In this document: in pieces, positions 12,767 through 28,465 of the stretch
How positions within the stretch are numbered: position 1 is the first letter of the stretch
How the letters are laid out: every line of letters starts with the position of its first letter
Source: Octopus vulgaris
Lineage: Eukaryota
Direction of reading: 5' to 3'
Assembly: GCA_951406725.2 (NCBI GenBank)
Contig: OX597815.1
Coordinates: 165,168,001-165,232,000, forward strand
Length of the DNA: 64,000 nt
Program-made: the position numbers and the translations under genes
The notes under the pieces: generated by a model
The model's database searches: none
What the model was told of the DNA's origin: nothing
What the model saw: only the letters and a program-made list of their open reading frames with translations

Positions 12767-13091
12767 GTGAAGGTGCATGGCTCAGTGGCTAGAGTGTCAA
12801 GCTTACGATTGTGAGGTTGTGAGTTCGACTCCCGGACCGGACTGTGTGTTGTGTTCTTGAGCAAGACACTTTATTTCATGTTGCTCCAGTTCACTCAGCT
12901 GTAGATGTCACAGGTGCCAAGCTGTATCAGCTGTTGCCTTTCCCTTGGATAACACTGATGGTGTGGAGAGGGGAGGCTGGTATGCATGGGCGATTGCTGG
13001 TCTTCCATAAACAACCTTGCCCAGACTTGTGCCTAGGAGGGTAACTTTCTAGGTGCAATCCCACGGTCATTCATGACCAAAGGGGGTCTCA
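12767..13091 (+). mobile_element. tRNA-derived SINE family D, nested in a family A SINE
   Basis: A box tggctcagtgg, B box gttcgactcc; 12-bp TSD atatttatctct (12755-12766 / 13092-13103); homologues at 28130-28465 (+) and 30150-30492 (-). Confidence 0.85.
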
Positions 13092-13909
13092 ATATTTATC
13101 TCTATATGTATGTATGTGTGTGTATCTTTGTGTTTCTTCTTCACCACAGCTTGACAACCAATGCTGGTTTGTTCACATCCCTGAAACCTAGCAGTTCAGC
13201 AAAAGAAACCAACAAGGCTTAAAAAAATAAACACTGGAATTGATTTCTTCGATTAAAAACCCTTCGATGTGGTGCCCCAGCATGGCCATAATCCAATAAC
13301 AGAAACAAGTAAAATGAAATGAAAAAAATCAAAATCAACAACAAAAAAATATATATATAATTTAGCGTTTTTTCCTTTGCTAACCTCCTCACCACCTCCA
13401 TATATATTTATCTAATGGTCATTCTCTTTATGCCTGGCTAAGGCTTATGTTTCTCACATATCCTCTAATTATATTTCCTTGTTATATTTTGTTTCCTGCC
13501 TCCTCCACGTCCCCCACCTCCTTCCCTTTCGTCCATTGTTATTTACTCCTCTTTCATATAATTAACACATTTCACTTTCGGTTCTCTTCCAGGGAATTTG
13601 CTCTCCACCATTATTTATATTCAGCTTCATCTGTCTTTCTGTCTGCATGCCTTCCTGCCTGCTTGCCTGTCTAACTCTCAATCTGTCAGTCTGTCTGTTT
13701 GTCTCTCTCCTTCTCCCACTCTCTCTCTCTACTTTTCTCTCTCCTTTCACTTACTTGTCTCCTTACTTGTCTCCTTTAATTCTCTCTCTCTCTCACCTGT
13801 TCCTTATTTTCTCTTATCTACTACCCTCCAAAATAATCTTTTCACTTCCTTTTCTATAATTTACTCTCTGTCATCTTTCCTTATACCCCCCCCATCTCTC
13901 TCACTCTGC

Positions 13910-14447
<538 letters not shown>

Positions 14448-15086
14448 AGTCTTTGACTTTAACTTCCCTTCATACTCATTTCCTCCAAATAATTCTCACA
14501 GCATTTAATTTCTGATATTTTTTACCAATGATTCACTTCTCCTCTAAGTATTCAATTCTCGCTTCTCACCATGATTCTTCTCTCTCCCTCATCTCTCACT
14601 GTACCTGTAAGCTTTGTTTCAATACCTAACAACACTCTCACTTTTCCCTCCATATTCTTTCCCCTCTTTAATCACCCATACCTCTTTTTTTTTACTAACC
14701 CTTTCCTCTCCATCAATTACCACCTACCCACTATCAGTTTGCCAAACTGGTATAATGATGTAAAATTCGATAAATCAAATTGTCTTAAACCAATACAACA
14801 GAGGGAGCAACATCCATTGAATTAGAGCTGCTCAGCTGATCTAAAGCTTTTGTAATAATTATGAAGGTGAAGGTGTAACTCATATGATAATTTACTTAAA
14901 CTATTGTCAAATTATGTATGTGTGTGTGTGTCTATGAGAGAGGGGGAGAGAGAATGTGTGTGTGTGTGTGTGCATATATATACATGCACATATATATATA
15001 CAGATACATATATTTATATCTGCATATGCATGAATATATGTATGTGTGCATATGAATATATGTATGCATATATATGCAAATATGTA

Positions 15087-15136
<50 letters not shown>

Positions 15137-15328
15137 CTATATGAATATATATATATAGGAAACAAAAGAAATTGAAAATGCCCTAAATGTGTATAAGAAG
15201 ATTTATTTATATTAATATTAATGCAATTAACTGGTTTCACATTTGGTTGATTTTCAAAAGTCTAAGATTTGTGGGTAGTTGAGCTGTGTAGCAAACTGTA
15301 CGGTTTCTCATATATATATGTGCGTGTG

Positions 15329-15378
<50 letters not shown>

Positions 15379-15414
15379 CATGCATGTAGAGAGGGACATA
15401 CATATATACATACA

Positions 15415-15474
<60 letters not shown>

Positions 15475-15983
15475 TTTATACGTTTCTATGTATGTGTGTG
15501 TATAAACTTCTGGGCAAAAAAAAGTACTTCATTGAATAAAATGTGAGAAATCAATGGGTGCAATTTTCTGTGTTCAGGTATCGCTCTTACTGTAGAATTG
15601 TTCAAACCAGTGTATCAGCTCTGTGGTACCACCTCATAGACTCAAGCTAACATGCTCGCTGACCTTATGGATAACCCTATCTAGAATACAATTGCTAACA
15701 TAACTGATATCTGGCCCATATACATATATATATATATTCTCTTTTGTTTTGCTTGCTTCAGTCATTGGACTGTGCCTGTGCTGGGGTACAAACTTGAAGG
15801 ATTTTAGTCAAACAAATTGAATCCAGAACTTATAATTTTTTAAGCTTGGTATTTGATCCATTGGTCTCTTAAACTGAACGGCTAAGTTACAGGAACATAA
15901 ACAAACCAGCATATCAACATTGTTTGTCAAGTGTTGATGAGGGATAAACACAGATATATAGGCTCACACAGAGTTATACAAAC

Positions 15984-16010
<27 letters not shown>

Positions 16011-16015
<5 letters not shown>

Positions 16016-16375
16016 CAAAAATGGGACAAGAACGCAAAACATCCAGACAGTTAGGTGATACAAAAAAGAGACAACAAAACATCCAAACAGATGATACAAA
16101 GAAAACAAGGACGGGTCATTCGGAGTTTTCTATCCTCAGTCGAGTTCCAGATTATCTTTGCAATTTCAACTGGTTATACTTGAGATTGCTCCAATCTGGC
16201 CATCCGCAAGGAAAAACCAAGCTAAGAGCATTAGATTCCTTGGAAGAAAGCAGTGAATGTATACAAAAACAAGGATGTAAAAAAACGAAGAAATGTTACA
16301 CAAATACAAATGCAATAAACAGGATATAACAACAGGTGTCTTTCAACTAAGGACAAATTAAATTAAGCTGGCGTG
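16011..16375 (-). mobile_element. Family H2 short module next to (TA)n with degenerate HHR-like motifs
   Basis: Homologous to 33370-33490 (-) and 34545-34862 (+): ccaag(g/a)aatctaatgc..agctt.gttttt..ttggagcaa..GAAATT..gaCTGA(A/G)GA..cGAAT. Confidence 0.6.
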
Positions 16376-16615
16376 ACAGACTTCTTTCAGTTTCTGTCTA
16401 CCAAATCCACCCACCAGACTTTTGTTGGCCCAAGGCTCAAGGCTATAGTTCAAGGCACTGGCCCAAGGTGCCATGCAGTGGGACAGAACTCAAACCATGT
16501 GATTGGAGAGCAAACTTCTTACAAAACAGACATGTCTGCACCTATAGATAGATATGATCCAACCCGTGCCAGCACAGGAAACAGCTGTTAAATGATGATG
16601 ATGCTCTCTCTCTCT

Positions 16616-16670
<55 letters not shown>

Positions 16671-16681
16671 CGTATATATAC

Positions 16682-16735
<54 letters not shown>

Positions 16736-16745
16736 GTATATATAC

Positions 16746-16789
<44 letters not shown>

Positions 16790-16799
16790 GTATATATAC

Positions 16800-16843
<44 letters not shown>

Positions 16844-17022
16844 CGTCACGTAAAAAGCACCCACTACACTCACGGAGTGGTTGGTGTTAGGAAGGGCATC
16901 CAGCCGTAGAAACACTGCCAGATTTGACTGGGCCTGATGAAGCCTTCTGGCTTCACAGACCCCAGTAGAACTGTCCAACCCATGCTAGCATGGAAAGCGG
17001 ATGCTAAACGATGATGATGATG

Positions 17023-17073
<51 letters not shown>

Positions 17074-17794
17074 TATGCATACATATATAAACATACATAT
17101 ATAGATATACATACATATATATACATATATATATGCACACACACACACACACACATATATATATGTACACACACACATATTTATATAGCAGCTACATGAT
17201 GTATTGAAAATTCTGCATATTTTGTTAATGTTCTTCTGTTACAACCTTAGATGAAACACATTCTCTGGGTCTCTACTACAACAGTGAATATTATTTATTT
17301 TTTGATCCAGAGAGTAATAAATTTCAAGTTGATATTTTATTGCAGCATTTCAATGAATTTTTTTGTTTTTATTCTGAAATGAGCATGTTCATCTCTCTCA
17401 CTCTCTCTATGTCTCTCCCTACATAAATATATATGTGTGTTTGTGTGTCTGTATAATATGTATATATACAATTCTCATTAATTGGGAGATATTTCACATA
17501 TTGGTGACATAGTTAAAATATTTTGCTGAGTGAAAATATGTAACATGATGCGAGGGAAATATTTCATTCATTGATGTCTCAAATAAATGTGTCATGTTAT
17601 CATATTATTTAACATTTGGAAATGTTAGGCATCTCAAGTGTTGCTAATAACATGTTAAAGATGTTGCTAATGGCATTGATGATATCATCAATCCTCTTCT
17701 GATTACTATTCCCATCACCATCCACATGCTCATATTTGCAACAACAGCAACAACAACAACAACAACAATGGCAGCAGCAATAATGGTAATATCT

Positions 17795-18017
17795 TGGCAG
17801 AACCGTTAGCACACTGGGCGAAATGCGTAGCTGTATTTCGTCTGCCGTTATGTTCTGAGTTCAAATTCCGCCGAGGTCGACTTTGCCTTTCATCCTTTCG
17901 GGGTCGATAAATTAAGTACCAGTCACGCACTGGGGTCGATGTAATCGACTTAATTCGTTTGTCTGTCCTTGTTTGTCCCCTCTGTGTTTAGCCCCTTGTG
18001 GGTAATAAAGAAACATA
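17795..18017 (+). mobile_element. tRNA-derived SINE family B
   Basis: tggcagaaccgttagcac...gagttcaaattccgccgaggtcgactttgcctttcatcctttcggggtcgataaattaagtacc; homologous to 43214-43394, 49313-49549 and 63020-63213. Confidence 0.85.
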
Positions 18018-18124
18018 TCTTTGTTGGTCACAAGAGCATAAGATGAAGGATACCACATACCACACACAGAAAACAATAAGAAATAGTGTTGTAGATAGGA
18101 GAGAAAATAGAAATTGTGTATCAT

Positions 18125-18420
18125 TTATTCTTTTATTCTCTTAATTGTTTTCAGTCATTTGACTGCGGCCATGCTGGAGCACCAGCTTTAGTTGAACAAA
18201 TCAACCCCAGTACTTATTCTTTGTAAGCCTAGTACTTATTCTCTCAGGCTCTTTTGCTGAACTGCTAAGTTACAGGGACCTAAACACACCAATATTGGTT
18301 GTCAAGCGATGGTGGGTGGATAGATGCACAAGCACACACACAAACGATGGGCTTCTTTCAGTCTCTGCCTCCCAAATCCACTCACAAGGCTTTGATCAGC
18401 CCAAGGCTATAGTAGAAGTC
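18125..18420 (-). mobile_element. SINE family A (partial)
   Basis: Homologous to 46626-47038 with CpG-type substitutions. Confidence 0.8.
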
Positions 18421-21400
18421 AATTGCCCAGTTTAAATGCTAAAGGGTTAAACAAACCAACACCAGTTGTGAAGTTGTGAAGCAGTGGTGGGGAGTAAACA
18501 CAATCATGAAGATGTGCACACATACATATACACCAAATCCACTCACAAAGCTTTGGTTGGTTCAGGACTATAGTAGAAGACACTTGTCCAAGGTGTGACA
18601 CAGTGGGACTGAACTCAGAACTATATGCCTGGGAAGCAAGATTCTTAGCACACATCCAGGGTAATTCAATATATATATAACTGAGAAATGCTCAGCCAAG
18701 GAGGTGCTGAATAAGTGAGATACTTAACTGAGAGATATTGAGCCCTGCAACTTTGTTGGTGTGTGAAGGCAGCAATGAACTCCTTCCAATTATTTTTTTT
18801 TTATAATAATTCTGCTCTTGAAGTGTCATGATTTAAAGTGGTTATAATTTTGTTCTAAACCAAATAAATACACACCCAAAACAATAATTAAGTCTGGTTT
18901 AAGCTGCATTTCTCATTGTGAATCATCTTGGGCAAGTGTCATATACTATAGCCTTGGGCCAACCAAAACCTTGTGAGTGGATTTAGTAGATGGAAACTGA
19001 AAAAAGCCCTTTGTATATATATATATATAAGTGTGTGTTTCTTATTGTTTGTGTTTCTCCTCCACCACTGCTTAGCAACTGGTGTTGTTTTGTTTTTGTC
19101 CCTATAACTTAGCAGTTTGGCAAAAGAAGCTGATTGAATAAGTGCCAGCCTTAAAAAATTGTACTGGGGTCCATTTGCTTTGCTAAAAAAGTCTTCAAGG
19201 AATTGCCCCATAATGGCTGCAGTCTAATGACTGAAACAAGTGAAAGATAAAAAATGAAAGATAGGGAAGCTTAATAATTGTATGGTTATTTTTGAATAAT
19301 GAGTATACCTGGTTCAATACTGTAGCACACTCTGTGACAACCATCATATACCACTGCTTGTTTCGATTCTCAGATGAAGCCATTTTAATTCATTTTGACA
19401 GATTTCATATACATACATGTATGAAACAGAAATTGCCTATCTATATTTGATTAGTGGATAAGCCAACCTTTCAGTTCATGTCTACTGTAAGCATAGTATT
19501 GTTATAGTTTGACAAAAGTTAATCTTGATGGAGTAATCCTATGATCAAAGCTGCTCCAAAGGTGACCATCTCACCTTTTCCTTTGAAGCATCTAAGACTA
19601 CAAGATCTGATGTGTAATTTCCCACCTTTTTTCTTAAAGTATGGGGTGTGATTTGAGAGAGATTTGACTGCTATTTCTAGTTGACTGAATGGTTAATTAG
19701 ATGCACCCTTATTGGCTTGGCATGTATTGATTGTGTTGTTTATGATAAAGGACCTGGATCTAACATTATTTCTTTTCACTGTGCACTGCGAGATTTCCAT
19801 GTTTTCTTTTTATACTGAATTTACTTCTTTTACAACTACATAGGATTTCCAAAACTGATAAGATCAATACAGTATATATTCAATTTGAATATCTGCATGT
19901 CAATTTTGGCAGAAAAAATGAGGTGCAAAGAGTGAATTTCAGATGATTGCTGTTCAAGGAGCAGCAATCATCTATGGTGGTTAATTAGGGAATTTAAGGC
20001 TGGAAGCTCTTGGAAACTTATATATACTGATGATCAGGCTTTCATTGCAGATTTTGTTGGCGCTGCAGAAAGTGTCTTAAAGCTAAATAAAAAAATAAAA
20101 AAATCCGAAGGTCTTCATGACCAAACTTCCAGCTCTGAAAGGCCTGACGGTCAATATGTCAAAGACCAAATTTCTAGTTAGTAACAAAAATGCTATCTGC
20201 ACATTAGCCTTGCTCATTATGTAATCAGTCCCAGTTAAGCAATAGGTACACAACAGATGCAGTGAGATCACTCATAGACTGATAAAGAATTAAGTATTCT
20301 GATGTAGTATTTAGAAACTGAGACAAGCATAAAATGAATTGATGAATTACTTAGATTGCTTACTAGACATCGTTTAACATTTTATAGTCACCAAGGTAAC
20401 CAGAGCTGGCTATTACACAAGCAAAAGTCACTACTGTAAAGAAAGCATGAAAGAATTAAAGGAAATGATGACTCTGTTGGTAACATTCAATACCTATGCC
20501 TAACTACACTTCATCTTCAGTTTGTCTTTTGTTTGAAAGACAAACTATAAAGATGCAGTATATTTAGACATGAGTATTGAATGTAAATGATCTGTTGAGA
20601 CTAGAAAGAAGAGATTAGAAAGAGGAAATAAGGGCTGCATAAATCAATGAATATGTAATGATAATCTGCATAAAAGTGTAATACAATTAACTTGAATGAA
20701 TGGGTTTTGTGTAGAAGCCATTGGCCAACTGTAAGAGGAGAGAGGATGGCATAAGAACGGATGTTTTAATTCAGATGAATGAAAGCTGGGTGAAATAGTG
20801 CTATATGCTGACTGTATCTATAAAAGAGGATCAATGAAGATGTATAGCTACTGCTATGAAATAAGATCTCAGGAACCTGGGACTTTTAAGAATGGATAAA
20901 AGACTACAACACATGATAAATCCAATTAAAAAAAAAAACTAAAAAAAACAAAAACAAGATGTGAGTCATTTTTAAATACTTCAAGAGATGTTTAGAATAT
21001 CCTTGAGTAATAGGAGATAATTCCTTATGAATTGGAGATAATTTAATTCCAAAAGACTGGAAATCCCTATTTGTCTCAGTGAAATATGAAACATTTTTGG
21101 TGATGACTGTGCAAGTTGGAAAAGAAATATAGGGAGAATTGAGGTGGGTATAAGGTTTGCTATTGATGTTTTTGTTACATGTATCCAACACTTGTTATCC
21201 CTCATTGAGCAGATAAAGGATGTGATGAAAGTTGTTCCAACTATGATCATCCTGTTGTTGTTTTCGAGACAGTGACATTCATTTTAAAGCGACATTCAAT
21301 TCAAGATGGTTTGGGAGTAATTTGAGGGAAATTTAGCGACTATTTTTAGTAGGTTGCTAATACCTGTATGGACAAGAGTGGGTTGCAAGAGAATGAAATC

Positions 21401-21734
21401 TCTGGATACTTCATCTTTGCTTCTCCAGTAGCAGGGCTGGTCTTAAGTCAATTAGACAGATTTGCTCAAATTGGGCCCCACAGCTAGGGAGAGCCTCAAG
21501 CACATGCTCAAGCAGAGGATGCTATGATTAATTTTTAGTATATCATTGTGGCTAATGGTAGAGCTGCAAAATTGCAATACTTTTAGGCTGGGACTGATGT
21601 ACTACATGAAACATAAAAGCATCAATCTTCAACTTTTGTAGAGTAGAAGGCCCCAATAACAATTCTCTAATTGGGCCCTGCACTTCCTACCACTGTCTTC
21701 TGCATAATGGGTTTTTGTTTCTCTGATTAACGAG

Positions 21735-21989
21735 GTGATGACAGGAAGACTGCTATGCAGTGGCTGCTTTGTAGGGTGTTGTTGCCAGGAAAAACCGAGA
21801 AAAGCAAAAAGCATTCTCAAATGTGTACTCATGCACTCACATATAGATATTGACAGAACAAGAAGAGCATCTGTTAATGAAATTGTAGATATCACTGGAT
21901 ATCAAATTGAGGATATGAAGACTGCTATGAAAGATTGCGACAGCTACCATGGAACAGTTGTACTGATCCAGACAAGTCACCCAACTTGA
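21735..21989 (+). pseudogene. Decayed LINE (RTE-like) C-terminal remnant
   Basis: FVGCCCQEK...DITGYQIEDMKTAMKD aligns by eye with FAGHCCRAEK...DTGIQQQDLRNAMMD in ORF 54210-54707. Confidence 0.55.
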
Positions 21990-22181
21990 TAAAATGGATT
22001 TAGTAGATTGAGTAGCTACATAGAGGTTTTCTTACTGATATAATTTGTTGTTGTTGTTGATGATGTTACCTGTTGTATATGATAATAATATGATGTTACA
22101 TAGCATATGAGTTATCTCAAGGACTAGAATGACCAACATATAATGATGGATATATTACACATATTTATGCAAATAAATAAG

Positions 22182-22330
22182 TGCAGGTGTGACTGTGTGG
22201 TAAGAAACTTGCTTCCCAACCACATGGTTCTGGGTTCAGTCCTGCTACATGGCAAGTGTCTTCTACTATAGCCTCAGGCTGACCAAAGCCTTGTGAGTGG
22301 ATTTGGTAGACGGAAACTGAAAGACACCCA

Positions 22331-22390
<60 letters not shown>

Positions 22391-22580
22391 GTTTGCGTGT
22401 CTGTGTTTGTTTTCCCACCATAGTTTGACAACTGATGTTGATGCGTTTATGTCCCTGCTGCTTAGCAGTTCGGCAAAAGAAACTGATAGAATAAGTACTA
22501 GGATTGCAATGAATAAGTCCTGGGGTGGTACTCCAACATGGCTGCAGTTCGATAACTGAAACAAGCAAAAGAGTGAAAGA
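22182..22580 (+). mobile_element. SINE family A
   Basis: gtgcaggtgtgactgtgtggtaag...gatttggtagacggaaactg...(TA)n...ctgaaacaag. Confidence 0.8.
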
Positions 22581-22638
22581 GCAGATATCAGAAATATGCA
22601 GTTTCTGTTTACAGCCATTTGAGAATGTTTCAGACTAT

Positions 22639-22674
<36 letters not shown>

Positions 22675-23237
22675 TACACATACACAATCTCTCTCTCATA
22701 CACACACTCACACACCGCTTAACTTTACACATTTCTAATACAAGAGTGTATTGAGCACTTTTATATATTTATGGTGAAACTTATACACACATATGGGGAC
22801 AAAACCTGGATTTAAAACACTGGATGATGATGATGAGAGTGTCCAACAAGAACTTCTCTCCTTACTAAGCAGGTTTGGTTGAGTTGCTGGTTCAGTTGCA
22901 AATGACCTGATCATGCAGTAAGTTTCACTGGGTCACATATTGTTACAAATAACACTGTGAGTGATCTGACAATACATACATACATGTTTATTTATTTAAA
23001 CTGACGATCTGGTTGCAATTTAAGTTTCATCCTCTAAAATAGATTAGAGAAATGGCAAAATAATCAGTCAAAATAAATATATGAACAAACTTTACTCCAT
23101 GCATCAAGACTATCTAACTCTTTAGTATCCAAGCTGCATCCGTACATGTACACATAAGCATGCACAGACACACATATATGTGTATTTGAGTGTGTGTGTG
23201 TATAATACATTCTCAGATGTGAATCTATAAATGTATG

Positions 23238-23282
<45 letters not shown>

Positions 23283-24253
23283 GGATATATATCTATATGA
23301 ATGAGCATATACATATATATATGTGTATATACCTACACACACACACAGACACACACAAGTATGTGTGTATGTGTGTATGTGTTTATGTGTCTGAGCATTT
23401 ATCAACACATAAGAGAAAATAAATCCAAAACTGTGAGACATTTCAACGAGGGTACATAAGAAACATTAAACGTTCAAATTACAGAGCTATGTTATCCTCA
23501 AAATGACAGATCATGTTAGAAACTTGGAACATATTAAAATGATCAAAATATCACCTGTCTGATCTTGAACCCTGCCAACATTTACATGCTCAGTTAATCA
23601 GGACAGATAACAGACAAGATTAGAATGTCAAAGAGACATAACCACAATTAGAGAAAGTGATTTATGGATAGGTTATATGAATACCTACACGATTATGGAA
23701 TGCTGTTGCACAATTGGGAATTTCTTGCATGATGATCTGATAGAATGTTGAAAGGAAAGAAACCGAAGTATCTGCATGTAAATGCTCTGTATTTGCAGAT
23801 AATGTCATTTTTGATTGGAATGAATTTCTGACTGTATCACTGAAATAAAGATTGGATATAAGTCTCATGTGTGACTAATCAACAATACTATCAATGCAAC
23901 ACAAAGAGTTTCAGCCATGACCAGAGACATGTGAAATGTGCAGGAACATATGTCACTTTGTTTTTCTATATTTTTATTTAGCCAACTGACTGAAAGCGGT
24001 GTACTATCTAGCTAACAATAGCAAATAGACATGTGTTTTAAGCAGTACTGACATTGGGAATTTGGGCAGAAAGAACTGAATTGTAATATGAGCAACATAG
24101 CATTTGATCATATATTCACTTGTATGTGTGTGAGTATCCATACATGCATATATATATATACTTTGAATTTTTTTTTCAATAATAATAATAATGTAGATGA
24201 TTTTAGATGTTTGCCTTGCCTTAATGTTTGTTGTCCTCTCTAACAATTATATA

Positions 24254-25536
24254 TTGGGTTGTCCGGAAAGTTCATACTGATTTTTAAAGGAAAGAAAAAG
24301 GTCAATAAATACTTGCCGTTACATTTCTAATCAACCAAATATGAACCATTTTGTTACACAATGCGTCTCCATCTTTCCTTTAACTTGAAAATACCCTCTT
24401 CTCAGAATTGAGGTGGTTTCATGGCAAAGAATTCATCAAATACCTTTTTACATCATCCAAGGAATTGAAATTTTACCATTAAGACTATTCTGCAGAGACC
24501 TGAATAAGTGGAAATCCGAAGGAGCAATATCTGGTGAATATGGAGGGTGGTGTAACACATCCCAGCCAAGCTGCAGCAATTTTTGTCTGGTTCCCAAAGA
24601 AACGTGCACCCTTGCATTATCATGATGGAAAACAACACCCTTCCTTGTTGGCCAATTCTGGACGTTTCTCTTGAATTGCTGCTTTTAACTCATCCAGTTT
24701 GGCACAGTATTTCTCAGAATTAATTGTCTGGTTACTTGGGAGAAGCTCATAGTACAGAATTCCTTTCCAATCCCACCAGACACAAAGCAAGACATTTTTA
24801 GGGTGAAGACCCGCTTTTGGGGTGGCTAATGCTGACACATGTCACTTACTCCAGGATTGCTTTCTCTGAACATTTTGGTAGATAATCCATTTTTCATCAC
24901 CTGTCACAATTTGCTTTAAAAAAGGCGTGTTTTCATTCTATTTATAAAGAGAATCACAGATGGAAATGCGATCCAAAAGGTTCTTCTCACTCAACTCATG
25001 TGGTACCCAAACATCGTAGTGATTTGTGTACCCAAGCTTTAGCAGGTGCTCATGAATGATGGCTTTTGATAGGTTGAGGCTTTCTGCCAATTCTCAGGTT
25101 GTGCAATGTGGGTTATTCTCAATTAATGACTTGATTTGGTCATCATCTGTAGTGGATGGTTTGCCTGATCGCTCTTTATCAATAAGGCTACAATCTCCAG
25201 CTCGGAACCTTGTGAACCACTTCCGTACAGTTCTTTCAGATAAAGAAACATCACTGTAAACTGCGCATATTTCTTTGGTTGCTTGTGAGGCATTTTTCCC
25301 TTTACGGAAAAAGAAAAGCATCAAGTGCCAAAAATGAACTTTCTTATCTTGCATTTTAAAGGGTTACAGAATTAACACAGGTTATAGGAACATAAACTTT
25401 CTTCCATGAAAAGATAGCTTAAACTGTGCTTTAAATGGAGGTGTAGTCAAATCCTATCTTATGGACTCAACCATGTTCTAAAATAATTCGAAAGGTAAGC
25501 TATTATAAATCGGCATGAACTTTCCGGATAACCCAA
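24254..25536 (-). mobile_element. Full-length mariner DNA transposon (1283 bp)
   Basis: TIRs ttgggttgtccggaaagttcat / atgaactttccggataacccaa with TA on both sides. Confidence 0.95.
24327..25354 (-). pseudogene. Mariner DDD transposase, disrupted
   Basis: N-terminal HTH (MQDKKVHFWHLMLFFFRKGKNA...RKWFTRFRAGD), WVPHEL, IVTGDEKWI, VWWDWKGILYYELL, HHDNA and PPYSPDIAPSDFHLF spread over several frames. Confidence 0.92.
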
Positions 25537-25580
25537 TATATATGTGTGTGTGTGTATATATGTGTGTGTGTGTATGTATA

Positions 25581-25621
<41 letters not shown>

Positions 25622-26932
25622 ATATATATGGATATATGTATATGTATATGCATATATACATATGTATATGTATATATATGGATATATATATATTTGTATA
25701 TATGTATATATATATGTATTTGTATAAATGTATATATGTATATATATGTATATATGTATATTTGTATATATATATATGTTGTTTTCTAGCTACACGGTCT
25801 CGGGTTCAGTCCCACTGCGTGGCACTTTGGGTAGGTGTCTTCCGCTATAGCCCCGAGCCGACCGAAGCTTTGTGATTGAATTCGGCAGGCGGAAGTTACT
25901 GCCGTGTGTGTATATGTGCGTGTAGGTGCTTGTGCCTCTCCGAAAGAGAGAGAGGGTATACATATATGTATATATATGTATATATATATGTATATATATG
26001 TACATATATATATATATGTATTTATATATATATATATGTATATACATATGCGTATATTATTATCATTATTATTATCATCGTTTAACGTCCGTTTTTCATG
26101 CTAGCATGGGTTATATATATATATATATATATGTATATACATATGCACATATATGCACACACATGACCACTTACATATAGATGCCTGCATTGTTATTCAT
26201 TTCATTAACAAGTAATGTTAAGATAGGTCACTGCTCATAGTCCAGGACTAGAAAGATGCAAAAGGTGAACAAAGTTTCTGCATTTCATCATCGCTACATT
26301 GGAAGCTAGTGAAAACTGGCGGTGGGAATCACATGGTATAGAAATTTTCCGAGACATTGGTTCTAGGAATGAAATAATTAGCGTGGAAGTTTGGAAAGAA
26401 AACTAGAAATTGGTTGTAAGAAGCAGGTGAAACATGTGAATTTCAATAGAGGTGAAGTGCAGCTAGCAAGTTCTGAAGAGCTTATTACAGAAGCGTCAGG
26501 CTGATGATTGAAAGCTTATCAATTGGGCATATTACATTCTTCTGAATAGTCATGGATACTAGTTATCAAACAGATGTGCTATCAAAGATATCAGATATAT
26601 AAATGTATTATATGTGTACACATACCTTACAATACACATAGTTGTCTATTGTGTATAATGGTGTTTATACATATCTATATGATCACAAGCATATATGATT
26701 ATATATATATGTGACTGACCAGAAATTTGCATATATACTATAATAGAATAGTGTATGAATGTGTCAATCAACAATTTCTTGAGTCTCAGAAACTGGTTAA
26801 TATAGATTCGGAATTCAGACAGATTCAGACATCTTTGGAAATATTTCATTGATGATTGAAATAATTGATTTACAAGACGTATAATTATTTTCATCATAAA
26901 GAAATTCAATTATATTGAATGGTTGTAAGCAG

Positions 26933-26970
<38 letters not shown>

Positions 26971-27101
26971 GAGGTAAGACTTCCTTACATGTATTTATAT
27001 GCAAATATATCTGCATGAAATACATTGAATTCATGTCTGCATACACAGACACGCACAACACACACATACAACATATTCTTATATATATGTGTGTGTGTAT
27101 G

Positions 27102-27149
<48 letters not shown>

Positions 27150-27864
27150 TAAATATTTACGCACATTCAGAGAGAGATGCATAGGTGCATGGATAGGTAT
27201 GGTACAGCTATGTGAAGGTTAGGTAGCTATATAGGAACTTGTGAATATATGCAGATACACATTTTGATCTACAAGGAACTATATGCACATGTTTATGTGA
27301 GTAGATAAGCATGTAATTATAGTGGTACATAAATGGAAATATATGTATAAATATTAGATGTGTCATTACAAGTGCATGGTATGTATGGTGTTTCTAAACC
27401 TATATCTATATATGGACAGATACACCCCCCCCACACACAGATATAGGCAGCAGTGAGCAATATTTTACCAAAAAAGAAAACTATAATTGTCATTGTGTAT
27501 GACTCTGTGTGTCTGTGTATATGTACACATGCACTCGTACACATTCATTCACAAATTGTATAGCCTGCTTTTTGTTCACATAATTAACAGAAGCAAAGTT
27601 TATGCAATTAAAGAATAATACATAAATGCACGTCACTTTTTAAATAGAAAATACTTGAATTTAATTTTAGGTTTTTACTTAAGTAAATATGAGTTAGAGA
27701 ACGGTGACAGATGTACATTTGCACAGATGTATTTGCATTGAGGAAAACTACAAATTTTAACAATTAAATATAAAATCTAAATAATTTCCCATTTGTTTTC
27801 AAAATGCTTGTTTTGTCCATCAAATTCAATGTAAAATTCAACCAAGGGTTGATATTGTAATGTT

Positions 27865-28085
27865 TCTTCTCCCTGCACCCTTTTAAAGCCTAGCCAGTTT
27901 CCCGGTTTCAATGGTGTATGTGTTCCCCAGCTGGACAGGACACCAATCCATCACAGCATGGACTGGAGCAACGTGAAATGAAGTGTTTTGCTCAAGAACA
28001 CAATGTGACGCTCGGTTCAAGAATCGAAACCACAATCTTACGATCTTGATGCTGATACCCTAACCACTAAGCCACGCACCTCCAC
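27865..28085 (-). mobile_element. tRNA-derived SINE family C
   Basis: Homologous to 52480-52744; 11-bp TSD attgtaatgtt (27854-27864 / 28086-28096). Confidence 0.85.
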
Positions 28086-28129
28086 ATTGTAATGTTAGCT
28101 AGACTTAATTTTCTGTGTTTTTCAACCAC

Positions 28130-28465
28130 AAAGGTGCATAGCTCAGTGGTTAGAGCATTAGGCTCACAATCATGAGGTAGTGAGTTCGATTCCCGGACCA
28201 GGCTGTGTGTTGTGTTCTTGAGCAAGACACTTTATTTCACGTTGCTCCAGTTCACTCAGCTGTTGAAATGAGTTGTGACATCACTGGTCCCAAGCTGTAT
28301 CAGCCTTTGCCTTTCCCTTGGAAAGCACCAATGGTGTGGAGAGGAGAGGCTAGTGTGCATGGGTGACTGCTGGCCTTCCACAAACAGCCTTGCTCAGGCT
28401 TGTGCCTTGGAGACTAACTTTCTAGGTGCAATACCATGGTCATTCATGACTGAAGGAGGGTCTCC
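28130..28465 (+). mobile_element. SINE family D
   Basis: Homologous to 12767-13091. Confidence 0.85.

Noticed and set aside
16932-16960. CTGATGA followed by a hairpin (HHR candidate)
   Set aside because: No GAAA or stem I; part of a retroposon tail.
19880-21300. Possible ancient LINE body
   Set aside because: Purine-rich and suggestive, but no motif could be read reliably.
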